A stretch of DNA of 64,000 nt from Chiloscyllium plagiosum (taxonomy: Eukaryota), in assembly GCF_004010195.1 (NCBI RefSeq), contig NC_057753.1, positions 12,170,842-12,234,841 on the forward strand, read 5' to 3'. Below, piece after piece: positions 12,215-24,125 of the stretch. The notes under the pieces were generated by a model. That model was not told the origin of the DNA. It did not search any database and saw nothing but the letters and a program-made list of their open reading frames with translations. A program made the translations under genes and the position numbers. Positions within the stretch are counted from its first letter, which is position 1; the number at the start of each line of letters is the position of its first letter.

Positions 12215-14825
12215 GTAAGTGACTCTGCATTTCATCTTGCTATTCATTATGTTGCTGAACGATCGATTTATTTTTGTTCGTTTAAACGTGAAGAAAGTAA
12301 ACAAATATCTTAGAAAAAAATCGCTTCTGCTCCAATGCCGGAGTTGCGTGTCAGCAGAATATGCGTGTCTGGTCTTTGTTTCCTCAGGCGAAAAAAAAGA
12401 ATGACACCTGGCCCTGAGTCAGCGGTTTCGCTGTACCTGTGGTATCAGTGGCCCAGCGGGTCAATAGAGGGATACCACCAACATGGCGAACAGGTGCTTA
12501 AATGAAGGAGTGCCGACTGTCTGGAATCGATTCTACGAGTTACCTGCGACTGAGGGAGCTCCGTCTGTTGCTTAGGTCTGTGAGAAAGAACTTTGTACCA
12601 GGCAGAGATTCAAGCCCGAATTCCAAAAGTTCAACAAAAACATGTAACTCACGAGAAAATCAGAAATACTACTCAGCGAACCTCAGGTATAAGAGGTCTG
12701 GCTGTATGCCACGATGAATTATCCTATTTGAGGAATGGGTGTCAGGAATGATCGACTTACTATTTCTTTTCAATTCCTTTCATATATGCATTAATCTGAC
12801 CAATCATATTTCCATTTTACCAGCCTCTGAATTAAACGTGAAACTGTGAAGAATTTTGGTTTATTTAATGTAGGTATTTTGAGAAATCGATTTGTTGTAA
12901 TGAAGGTGCTTATTGGAATCAGTTCAAACTGAAGAATGCTCATTCGAGACAGCAAGTAACAATTCATCGAAAGGAATATTTGACAATTTCTGGGGCATCG
13001 ATCAAATTACAACTCCTCATCAAGCTGTTGAGTGAGTCATACAGAGGGAAGGGCTGGAATGGGTTCTAGCCTGAAATGATAGTTAGACATTTGTTCTCCT
13101 TAATTGAGAATGACTCGATTTGGTTTCGAGCAAGTAAAGCTACGCTTCACCAGGCATTCCCTTGGGATAGCGTTATTGTCTTCTGTGAGGGTATTCTGAA
13201 GCCTAAGCTCCATTACTTATCGTTTAAAAGAAGCAGGAGTGTTCTAATTTGAGCATATAGAATTTTAAGGGGTAGACATTAGATGGAATTTTCTCCAAAC
13301 AGGAAAGTCTAACCAACGGTCACAATTTGCGATTCAGGGACAGCAATTTGGACGACGAAGAGCAGAATGTTTTTCAGACGAACAATTGCCTTGAATTATT
13401 GGCATTCTGCATCTCAGAAAGCAGTGGAGACCCAAACGTTAACTGTTTCCACTGGTTCTGTTTTATTGGGGAAAAAACGAAGCATGAAGACACTTCATGA
13501 AAGTCTTAAATACGATGGCCTCGAAACTGGGATGAATGAGACTGAAATGTGAGTAATAGGCCACTAGCAGAACAAATAAAGTAATGAAGGTGAAGAAATG
13601 TGCAAAATGTGGAACTTGCCACAAGAGTAGTTGGAGCACATTGTATTGAGTCATTTATAGAACGTTTTGAAATCACAGGGAGGAGAATGGAATACATCCA
13701 CACAGTGTGTTGAATGGGCAATGTTAATTAGATTTCGGGCAGAAGTGAACTTTGGCATAAATGAACAGCCATAAATCAGTTTGGCTGAATGACCTTGCCT
13801 TCATATTTTAATGTAAAACTGAAAAGATTTCCACCCAGAATACAATAATTCAATCAAAGTAGCTGAAATTGAGGGAGATCTGAAAGATAGTTCCCAGTGT
13901 GCAACAGTCAAACAATCCCAGAAACAGGACAGACAGAACTCAACAGACAGCTGAGGTATTGGTGCAAGTTGCCAGGATTGCAAGAAAACAAAAAGGCGCA
14001 AAGGAAAGTCGAAGAAGAAAGTGACCTGATTGGGGAAAAGTTTGATCAAAAGTCGTGTATGCTCTCATGAACAGAGGAAACGTGCAGACAACGATTGAAC
14101 TAATCGGTGCTGATCAAACCCTATTTTGGATCCTGCTGTGCATGGTGCCGCACCATCGTTTGGTTACTTCTGCGTGGTTAATTTTGCAAATTTATTATAG
14201 AGTCACAGTGTCATGCAATTGATCAGGTTTCCCAAACCAACGTTGTCCATTTGCCTGTGTTTGGCCTGTATCTATTTCAACATTTCCCGCCTGTCATACG
14301 TTTCCAAATGATTTTTACCTGATTTCACTGTACTTGTCTCTAAGGACTTATCACTACACTTGGCAGTTAATTCCATATACGCACCACGCTCTCTGCAAAA
14401 CACTCCCTTTTAAATCATTCCCCTATCACCTTAAACATATGCCCTCCAGCTTCCAAGATAATCACTGGAGTTTGTCTGTCCGCCGAGTATGTGAATGCTG
14501 GCTTCTTCAGAATCTTTTATAATTGTTCCTACTGTACTTGCATTCTCCGCATAGCCCTTCATTGTCCGCCTGATTCAGCTGCTGTTGATTCCCCATTTGA
14601 ACTTTATTGTTAAATCACTTTCCAGCCCCCTTTTTGGCAATTTATTGCACGTCACAAGAAGAAGGTATGTAAAAGAAAGTGTCACCTGAACGCCTCATTT
14701 CTTCATATTCCGATAGAACAGAACAGATTCAAATCTAATGTCAACAAAGCGAACAGAATAATTCCTGTGCTTCGCAATTTATCTTTTCAACAGAGGCTGA
14801 ATAAATGTTCAATATCATCCCGCAG

Positions 14826-15133
14826 GTTTCTTTTCTCTCGTGTCCCAGAGTCCAAACCAACAAACCTCTGCTGTGGGTGACACCATTGCTTTAAGCTGTG
14901 AATACACAGGGTTCTGTCAGTACACAGTTTACTGGTACTGTCAGTCCCCAGGACAAGCTCCGAAATACATGCTTCAAAAATACACCTCAGGAGAGCAGGA
15001 TAAAGAAAATGCTGCAGGCGGGCGAATTTCTGCTCTCATTGATGCTGCGGCGAAAATCGCTTGGTTAATGATCTCGCAAATACAACAAGTGACTCCGCTG
15101 TGTACTACTGTGCACGAAGTGGCGCTCAGCACA
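14826..15133 (+). pseudogene. Leaderless supporting TCRdelta V of NAR-TCR, frameshifted
   Basis: CGCAG acceptor in phase with the J donor. FFSLVSQSP...LSCEYTGFCQYTVYWYCQ carries an extra CDR1 Cys. A 1-nt deletion near 15086 precedes SDSAVYYCARS. RSS at 15134-15172 is CACACTG-23-ACAAAAACC. No ATG-bearing leader exon was found upstream. Confidence 0.82.
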
Positions 15134-15420
15134 CACACTGATACACAGTGCGGAGAGAACTGCACAAAAACCTGAACACGCTGGGAATTACGGACAGTGT
15201 CACAGATCACGGAGACAGCTCAAAATACATGAACATGGGGTGATTGCAGACATAATGATACACAGCACAGAGAAAGCTTTCAAAAAAAAGGCTACTCGTG
15301 GTCGATTATACTGTGATAGTCACAGTACCACAGCACGGAGAAACCTGCACAAGATACTGAACATGGTCAGGTTACAGACAATCAGCGTCACAGAGCGTAG
15401 AGACAGCAGTACAAAATCAT
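15134..15420 (+). repeat. Tandem array of five degenerate RSS-like units (about 60-70 bp period)
   Basis: Recurrent CACAG..(C)GGAGA..(A/T)CAAAA..TGAACA units starting at about 15134, 15193, 15251, 15321 and 15381. Confidence 0.65.
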
Positions 15421-16992
15421 GTTGGCAGAGGCGTGAGGAGCTGGACTCTGAGCTCGGGATTTGGGTGGGTTTGAGCGGGATTGTTTTTATCCAGAATCTG
15501 CCAGATTAAATAGTGCTTTTTGTTTGGCAATGTGCTGTTTATGAAGGAAACATCATATTCACGGGAAGAATTCTAGCTTTATGTAAAGCAGGTCGAACAT
15601 AACTTGTTTCTTCTTTGCAAACTGTTAATAGAAAATCAATCAATTAAGGAGATGGCATGTGACATTTTGCACAAGAGGTGAATAACATGAGCAGATTCGT
15701 CATTAACTCATGTCTTCTAATTGAATTATTATTTGAACGAGAAATGCACGTTGGATTATTGAGAAAAATCAAAAGCTTGAGGACTAACTTAAGGGTCCCA
15801 GCTTCATGGGTGGGGATTGCATGCATATCGAGTAGCATTCCTCTGTGTTGTGTGAATGCGTGGTTTTAGTTTTCATCTTATAATCTTTTCTGAAGAAACA
15901 TAATTCTAAATATACATTCAGACATCAGTGGCACGTTTCATTTCCAAAAAGCATGTTTCTGAGAGAGGCCCACTTCAGTTCTATCAGGAACTGCTCACAG
16001 GAACATTTAACCAAAAGTATAAATTCATTTAAATTGAGCACTGACTGTGAGCGATCAGAAATTTTGACATATCAACAATTTAGGTCATGTTCTATCGGTC
16101 CCTTTTTGTCTATTGTTGGCCATAAGGAGGCTCGATATTATCGATTTCAAACTATTTTGAATGTTCACAGTCAATTTCTTTTTTATTTCTACAAATACTT
16201 TGTTCTCTTTGTGGTTTGTGCCCTCGTGGGAGTTTGTTCCAAAGTCTCTGAGTTGTCGGTTGGTTTCAGTTTGTGTAGGTTCAGATGCGGTTTTACTGTT
16301 CCTCAGTGGGAAATTCCTCTTCAGCGTACATGACCATCCCAATTCCCTCCAGTCAATTGTTTGATTCTCTCCCGTCTTGTCCGGGCCTAGCTTTCTCTGA
16401 ACTTTATATTATAACCAATCTGCAGAGCAGGCGCAGGACATTTACCTAATATGACCCTGCAAATATGTGTGCTTCACATGAACCTCTTTCCACTTTACAA
16501 CGAATGATATATTACCAGTTTTTTTTACTTCCCTGTTCCATCGACTGCTTGCATGAGCGTTTGTATTCTGTTCAAAGGCGCCTTTACAAGAATGCATTTG
16601 CCTTAACATCTCAATTTGTTCTTCTAGTGAACTTTGTCACTGAGTCATGAATAAAAATGGTTTTCCGAATTCATTTCATTTAACAAGGGCATCATTTAAA
16701 GCATCCCTGTTCAGTCACCATCTGTTTCCATGTTTTCTGGAGAAGAGTGATCCAACCTGTTCAAGCACATTTGCAGCCGCAGAATATAGCCCTGTCACTG
16801 AGTGTCTATTACACACGAATGAACGTTTGTGGATGCAGTTCTCATTAAGTTAGTGCCTTTTTACTGGATGTCATCGGATTTCTCGAGCCTTATAAGGAAG
16901 GTCAGCCGCCATCATACCAAATAGCACAGCTGACTCGAGGTTGGACTGCTCTTCTAACGTTTACGTTGATGCACGACCAGTGATAACATATT

Positions 16993-17300
16993 GGATTAGA
17001 TTCCCTACAGTATGGAAACAGGCCCTTCGGCCGAACAAGTCCACACTGTGACTGCAAAGAGTAACACGCCCAGACCCATTCCACTACACTCTATTTACCC
17101 CGCCTGATGCGCCTAACACTATGGGCAGTTTAGCATGGCCAATTAACCTAACCTGCACGTCTTTGGATTGTGGGAGGAAACCAACGCTAACAGGGGGAGA
17201 ATGTGCAAACTCCAAACAGATAGTTGCCCTTGGCAGAAATCAAACCCTGGTGCCGGATGCTGTGTGGCAGCAGTGCCAACCACTGAGGCACCGTGCCGTT
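16993..17300 (-). mobile_element. HE1-like SINE, near full length
   Basis: Reverse complement of a tRNA-like head (GGCACGGTGCCTCAGTGGTTGGCACTGCTGCC), body and AATCT tail. Confidence 0.75.
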
Positions 17301-17788
17301 TCAGCCGTGTCTTAGTAACTATGTCACTTATATTGAAAAGTAGCAGGTAGCGATCATGTTCTTGCTGAGCATTTTATCATTATAAAGTCAGCCAATTTTG
17401 ATGGCAGTTTTGTAGTTCTCTGCAGTGCCCTGAATCCTCTGGATTTTATTTTTTCACATCATCTCAAGTCTTTTATTTGGATTAATTGACAGACCTTTCC
17501 CTCCTCTCTCGGCTTCAGACCTAAAGACTCAACGTCATATTTTGTGAAGTTGCACAAACCAATGAAATTACAGTGAGCCTGTCCCCAAAGGGAAATATAA
17601 TCATTCAGCGTGTTGGAAGACACGAAGCAATTAGGTAATCTCTTTGTTCAGCGAAATGTAAGTAGGGCGCATACTCTACATTAATTGTCCCTGTTGCGAC
17701 TATCACACTGAATAAATGAGGGGCCATTTCAATGTGTCACAGAGCAAACCTCTATGGCGACAACCACTCCTGCAGTTTCTGAAGGAAG

Positions 17789-17869
17789 ATGCACGAACCA
17801 GTCATTGCCCCATTCTTTGTCCTTTCCTATTCAAGTCTCGCTGCTATCGGTGCCCCCCCCCCCCCCCCC
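17789..17869 (+). pseudogene. Orphan first exon of a GPR139/GPR142-like GPCR (exon 2 deleted)
   Basis: MHEPVIAPFFVLSYSSLAAIGAP with a poly-C expansion. It is homologous to the exon at 60818-60887. The matching exon 2 is present in the duplicate block but missing here. Confidence 0.65.
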
Positions 17870-19787
17870 GTCAGTCACTGATTTTCGAGAGAAACCATTA
17901 CCTCATCGTGTATTTCCAGAAGTTTACTTGTTTCCCTTCCAGGATTCGGTAGCACTTTGCCAACATGCAACTCTTTTATTTTCAGGCACTTCAACAGGTT
18001 TCCAGTCTGAATAATACATCATGAAATAATATTTGTGCTAAATCATCGTGCATTGCTCCCGATTTCATTATGATGAGGGGCACTGTGTTCTTCAATTTTG
18101 CATGCAGTGAACTGATAGAAAAATGATCTATGCGACGCTGAACTGAGAACTGTGGTGAATGACAATGCACGAACATTAACCTGTAATATTGTCACAGATT
18201 GAGTTTCAGCCCTATTCAGTAAAATGCAATTTGGTTCATTGCAGGATGAGTTGTCTATCATAGTGTGGTAAAATGCCTTTATGCACGGCTTTCATTGCAG
18301 CATCTAAATATGAATTATTTTGTGGCTGTACTTTAGGAGATAATTTGTGACATCAACCTACATTCAGTGATTAAACGAATCTACAATATGTGCTGTGGAA
18401 GGGTGTAATAAAGTATAGAATTCCCAAAGGACAACAGCATTGCTAATGTGGTCTTCGGACTTAAATGAAGTTTAGTCTAAAAGATGTCAGCAGTGATGCA
18501 CCATTTTTGAGCATTTATTAGCTTGCTTTTCTGCTGTGAATTCTCGCATATTTCGGATCATTATCTTTTAAATAATTTGCCAAAAAGATATTGTTTCTCA
18601 ATTATTAGAACGTGCGGTTTCACCTCGACTCAAGTTGTCACGCTGCCGAGAGCAAACACCAGAACAATTTACTTTCGAGGAATATGAGATATTGACAAAC
18701 GGTTTGATCGAAGGAACGTCTGAAATAAGAGAGCAGAAGCCGAACTGCTTTGGTGACAATTCCAAAAATTTGGGTTTCAGTCATTTAATCTATAACCAAC
18801 ACAGTTCGTTGTATTCAATTGAGGAAGGCACAGGACATAGTATCAAAGTTAACATGAGATTTCAGACAGTTGTATGATGCTGCGGCAAAGGATGCGGCTA
18901 GACTCTGAAGCATCTGAAAATTTGAAGGATGAGATTGTAAAGGCTAAGACATCTCTGGTAAGGTGCCAACGTCGGTCAACATTTATGGGTTGAAGGATGG
19001 CCGGTGCTTGATATGAATATGTTCATGGCAACCACATCATTCTTGCAATTTCGAATTGGACAAACAGCTACTTGGCATTAACTCAGTGACGGGAGAGCGG
19101 TTTTTATTCTGGGCTGATCACATTGACAGATGATGTGATGGTGCGGTGTTGAACTGGGGAGGAGAAAGTCAGACATGACAGTAGCCCAAGTTATTGTCCA
19201 ACTCTCGAATGGACCCCATTTGGTCCAGGGATTTATCAACCTTCAGTATAAGTTTTCTGTTCTCACTATCCAAGGATTTTCATGCATTGGTCTCCTCCTC
19301 GGATATCATCCATTATTGGGAAACAGTCATATCAAACTTTTGAGCTTTATTTAAAGACGAAAGTTGAGATAGCAAAACCGGAGAAGGAAAATCTTTCACT
19401 AATTTCATAACTAAAGATACGAAACAATTGGGAAAAATGCACAGAAGGACTGAGATGTCCTTCAAATTAGGCATAAGACCTAAGCTCACATTTGGAAATA
19501 GGAACTCTATTTGATTGAGTAATCAAAACACGTGGAAGGGGGCTTCAGAATTTGCAAGTTGCTTTTCTCGTTTTACGCGTATGCAATTGTGCAATATTCC
19601 AATGTTACATAGCAGGCATTAAATGGTGAGATATTACTTTCGTTCACCGGACCTGAAACGAAGGTAAGTGTTCGAAACGTATTTGACACTCTCTCGACTC
19701 TGAAATAGTTTAAACTGGAGAACGTTTTGTTTATGTCACGGAGCTCAAGCGAAGGGTTCTGAGATTTCCATTAGTTTATAACAAGCA

Positions 19788-21246
19788 ATGCATGGCCCAG
19801 CGAATGTCTCGTTCTATGCCCTGTATTATTCAGCTCTTGCTACTACTGGTGTCCCTGGTAAGTAACAGATTCTAAGTATTTGTTTTTAAGTGCAACAAAG
19901 TATTTTCTATTAAATTTCAGGATCGTCCTTTTTTTCTGATAGTCACCGTTGAAGGGAACAGCCTAGATCACTATGTATATGTAACTATTGAGTTATACTA
20001 ACCTGCACGCGTTTGCAGTGCACAGCAACATTATATCCAAACTGTTATATTGAGCAACTATAGAACAATTGGTTATTGGATTATTGATTTGTGAATTGCA
20101 ATGTGTGGCATTGCATGAATAATAATAATCAGATTAACTGCAAAAAATTAAATTCTATTACGATGCTGGAACCGTCAAGCTGTTGTTTTGTCTATTGTCT
20201 GGAATAATGCACTATCATTGTGTTCGATGTTTCTATGCACAGATACTATGATAATTCTGAAGAAAATTATTGCAGATACGTCATTATTTTAAAGATTAAA
20301 AGTATATCTAGTGATTACTCAAGTCAGTTCAAAATTGGTTTGCAGTTTCCCCCAGCCAACCTGCTGGTGATCGCCATACTATTACGAGGACCATGCGGAT
20401 TCTCTGGGTGCACCACTTTTTACTTGGTGGGGATAGGAGTGAGCGATTTTCTTGTGATCATCACTTGGTGCATCCTGAATCGGATTGGCGACATTTACTT
20501 CCGACACAGTGCCCTGTCCACGACCACTGCCTGCGCAGTCAGCACCGTGATGATCTATACCAGCCGAGATGGCTCAGTCTGGGTAACTGTGACATTCACG
20601 GTTGCCCGTGGTCACCTGCTACCAGAGTCTGAAGGCAAGTTACTGCGCCGAGAAAGCTGCATCACTGGTCATTGGAGTGGTTTGTGCTTTGAGCTGCATC
20701 AAGAAGCCTGCCTTCTGAATTCTTCGCCCAGCCCTTGTGCACTGTGGATGGGGAGTCCTGGTTCTGTGACTTCAGAGACACGTATTACAACTCACCTGCA
20801 TGGACGCCCTATGACTGGCTGAATCACGCCTTGACGCCTATTCTCCCGTTCCTACTTATTCTGCTGCTCAATGCCTTGACTGTCAGATTCATCTTGGCGG
20901 CCAGCAGTGCCCGAAGGAGGCTCCAGGACACAGCAAGCCACGGAGACTCGGAGATGGCCAACCGTAAGAGGTCCATCATATTGCTTTTCACCATCTCGCT
21001 CAGCTTCCTCCTTCTATGGGTCACCATGTCAGGCGCTTCCTCTATGTACGGGTTACTGGTGAGGCATACTTCAGTGGCTTGGACTTCACTGACCCACAGT
21101 TTATTCTCCAAGAAACGATGAACATGCTGTAAATACTAAGTTCCTGCAAAAACGTCTTCATTCATTCAATATCCCAGAACAAGTTCAGAGATGAACTGAA
21201 GAAGGTGTTGTTGTCTCCCTCCACATCTCCCGCTGGGTGCAAATAA
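19788..21246 (+). pseudogene. GPR139/GPR142-like class A GPCR pseudogene (exons 19788-19857 and 20356-~21246)
   Basis: Exon 1 MHGPANVSFYALYYSALATTGVP/GTAAGT. Exon 2 ANLLVIAILLRGPCG...YLVGIGVSDFLV...PFLLILLLNALTVRFILAASSARRRL...RKRSIILLFTIS, with frameshifts and a stop. Confidence 0.8.
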
Positions 21247-21934
21247 CTTTTTCATGTTCTCCGTCGATCAGAGTGGCTGAGTGTGTAACACACGCTCTCA
21301 CTCTCAACATTAAATGACGTTTGTGCGTGTTCCAACTTCTGTACTGGAAAATGGGCAGTCCATTTTACATCCTTGATATCCTCTGTTAAAGACGAATGGA
21401 AAATAAAACTAGCAGAAGATGTATTTTTAAGGACAAGATACTAAACTGTAATCTGTGCCTGTGATGACTATTTTGCTCTTCCAGTGGTCCAGGCTGTATC
21501 ATTTGATATTCATCTCTTTCTCTCCTCCCCTCCTTCCCTCACAGTCGCCATTCTTCCGTTACTTCCTTCCTTCTTCTCCCTCATTCGTGTCTCAGCACTA
21601 TTACATCTACTTATTTGAATTACTCACGTTGTCTTTCACTTTGACACAATCAAGATGAACAGCTCGTCACGTCCTCCACAATGATCACAACAGTTTTCAT
21701 GTTTTCGCTGGATCATATAATCCATGCCTGCCTTGACAAAGCTCAAATTCAGGCTAAGCCTTTCACAGTATTAGCAGCTCCAAAGAACTCAGCGCACCCC
21801 ACACGAAACCTCGACCTCCACACATACATTCTGCACAAAAGTCAAATGTTGTGCTCATTCCTTTAACCACATGAAAATCAAGGTTATTTTCATGATTTCC
21901 CAACGTTATGTGTTGCTCAATATTATACAGTGGA

Positions 21935-23800
21935 ACATAGAACATGACAACGCAGTACAGGCCCTTCGGCCCTCGATGTTGCACCGACCTGTCATACCAA
22001 TCTGAAGGAGAAAGTGAGGACTGCAGATGCTGGAGATCAGAGCTGAAAATGTGTTGCTGGAAAAGCGCAGCAGGTCAGGCAGCATCCAGGGANNNNNNNN
22101 NNNNNNNNNNNNNNNNNNNNNNNNNNNNNNNNNNNNNNNNNNNNNNNNNNNNNNNNNNNNNNNNNNNNNNNNNNNNNNNNNNNNNNNNNNNNNNNNNNNN
22201 NNNNNNNNNNNNNNNNNNNNNNNNNNNNNNNNNNNNNNNNNNNNNNNNNNNNTATGCTACCCCCACCTCCCCCCCCCCACCCCCCACCCACCCAACCCCG
22301 TGATCGCCGTCACCAGTCTTGGAAAAAAGCTCTCTCTGTACACCCTTTCTAACCCTCTGATTATCTTATATGTCTCTATTAAATCACCTCTCAACCTTCT
22401 TCTCTCTAAGTAAAACTGCCTCAAGTCCCTCAGCCTTTCCTCGTAAGACCTTCCCTCCATACCAGGCAACATCCTAGTAAATCTCCTCTGCACCCTTTCC
22501 AAAGCTTCCACATCCTTCTTATAATGCGGTGACCAGAACTGTAAACAATACTTCAAGTGCGGCCGTACCAGAGTTTTGTACAACTGTAGCATAACCTCAT
22601 GGTTCCGGAACTCGATTTCTTTATTAATAAAAGCTAAAACACTGTATGCCTTCTTAACAACCCTGTCAACCTGGGTGGAAACTTTCAAGGATCTGTGTAC
22701 CTGGACACCGAGATCTCCCTGCTCATCTACACTACCAAGAATCTTACCATTAGCCCAGGACTTTGCATTCCAGTTACTCCGACCAAAGTGAATCACCTCA
22801 CACTTGTCCGCTTTAAACTCCATTTGCCACCTCTCAGCCCAGCTCTGCAGCTTATCTATATCTCTCCCTTCATCTCTATCCACAACTCCACCGACCTTAA
22901 TGTCGTCTGCAAATTTACTAACCCACCCTTCTACGCCCTCATCCAGATCGTTTATAAAAATGACGAACACCAATGGACCCAACATCGACCCTTGCGGTAC
23001 ACCATTGGTAACTGGACTCCAGGATTAACATTTCCCATCAACCACCACCCTCTGTCTTCTTTCAGCAAGCCAATTACTGATCCAAACTGTTATATCTCCC
23101 ACAATCCCATTCCTCCACATTTTGTACAATAGCCTATTGTGGGGAACCTTACCGAACGTCTTGCTGAAATCCATATACACCACATCAACCGGTTTATTCT
23201 CACCTAACTGTTTGGACACCTTCTCAAAGAACTCAATAAGGTTTGTGAGGCACGACCTACCCTTCACAAAACCGTGCTGACTATCCCTAATCAAATTATT
23301 CTTTTCTAGATGATTATAAATCCTATCTCTTATAACCTTTTCCAACGCTTTACCAACAACTGAAGTGAGGCTCACTGGTCTATAATTAACAGAATTGTCT
23401 CTACTCCCCTTCTTGCACAGGGGAACCACATTTGCTATCCTCCAGCCTTTTGGCACCATTCCTGTAGACAATGACGATTTAAAGATCAATGCCAAAGGCT
23501 CAGCAATCTCCTCCCTGGCTTCCCAGAGGATCCTAGGATAGATCCCATCCGGCCCAGGCGACTCATCTGTTTTCACACTCTGCAGGATTTCTACTACTTC
23601 CTCCTTGTGAACCTCAACCATACCTAGTCGAGGAGCCTGTATCTCAGTAATCTCCTCGACAACATTGGCGTTTTCTAGAGTGAATACTGTCGAAAAATAT
23701 TCATTTAGTGCTTCTCCTATCTCCTCTGACTCCACACAAAACTTCCTAATACTATCCTTGATTGGCTCTAATCTTACTCTCGTCATTCGTTTATTCCTTA
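21935..23800 (-). mobile_element. CR1-like LINE ORF2 (RT), 5'-truncated, spanning the gap at 22093-22252
   Basis: ORFs 23025-23846 and 22257-22985 contain SPGPDGI, NYRPVSLTS, QHGFVKGRSCLTNL and KFADD. The insertion is absent from block B. Confidence 0.92.
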
Positions 23801-23905
23801 AAACAAGCCGAAACGATGTTTTGCTTGTGTTTTCGACAATTAACACAATTGTCAGGTCCTGATTGTCATTTCTCTCCTTTCCCTCTGTGAATATTATGGG
23901 GTAAG

Positions 23906-23922
23906 GACACCATCTGGTGGTG
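23906..23922 (-). promoter_or_regulatory. CTCF-like motif
   Basis: Minus strand reads CACCACCAGATGGTGTC; a paralogous site lies at about 35905-35921. Confidence 0.4.
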
Positions 23923-24093
23923 CATTCAGATAAACTATGTGCGCCGATTTTCAGTCACTGAAATTTAATGTTCTGGTACTAATTCTGCAGTAAAGATTAT
24001 ATTATCATTATGGCAAGCTATTGCTCCTCCATTGTAAGTATTGTGGACATCTTCATTGTTATTTATCTCTTTTGAATGACACTAAATAATTTA

Positions 24094-24094
<1 letters not shown>

Positions 24095-24125
<31 letters not shown>
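24095..24125. repeat. (AT)n microsatellite
   Basis: Direct reading. Confidence 0.9.

Noticed and set aside
14204-14242. CACAGTG as an orphan RSS
   Set aside because: Poor nonamer, and it sits in a degenerate retroelement tail (ATAGAGTCA...).
14600-14670. AAG/GTATGT donor about 160 bp upstream of the supporting V as a leader exon
   Set aside because: No ATG or hydrophobic leader precedes it; at most a vestige.
15134-15420. CRISPR-like interpretation of the repeat array
   Set aside because: Vertebrate DNA with no cas genes; the units are degenerate RSS-like sequences, not identical repeats with unique spacers.
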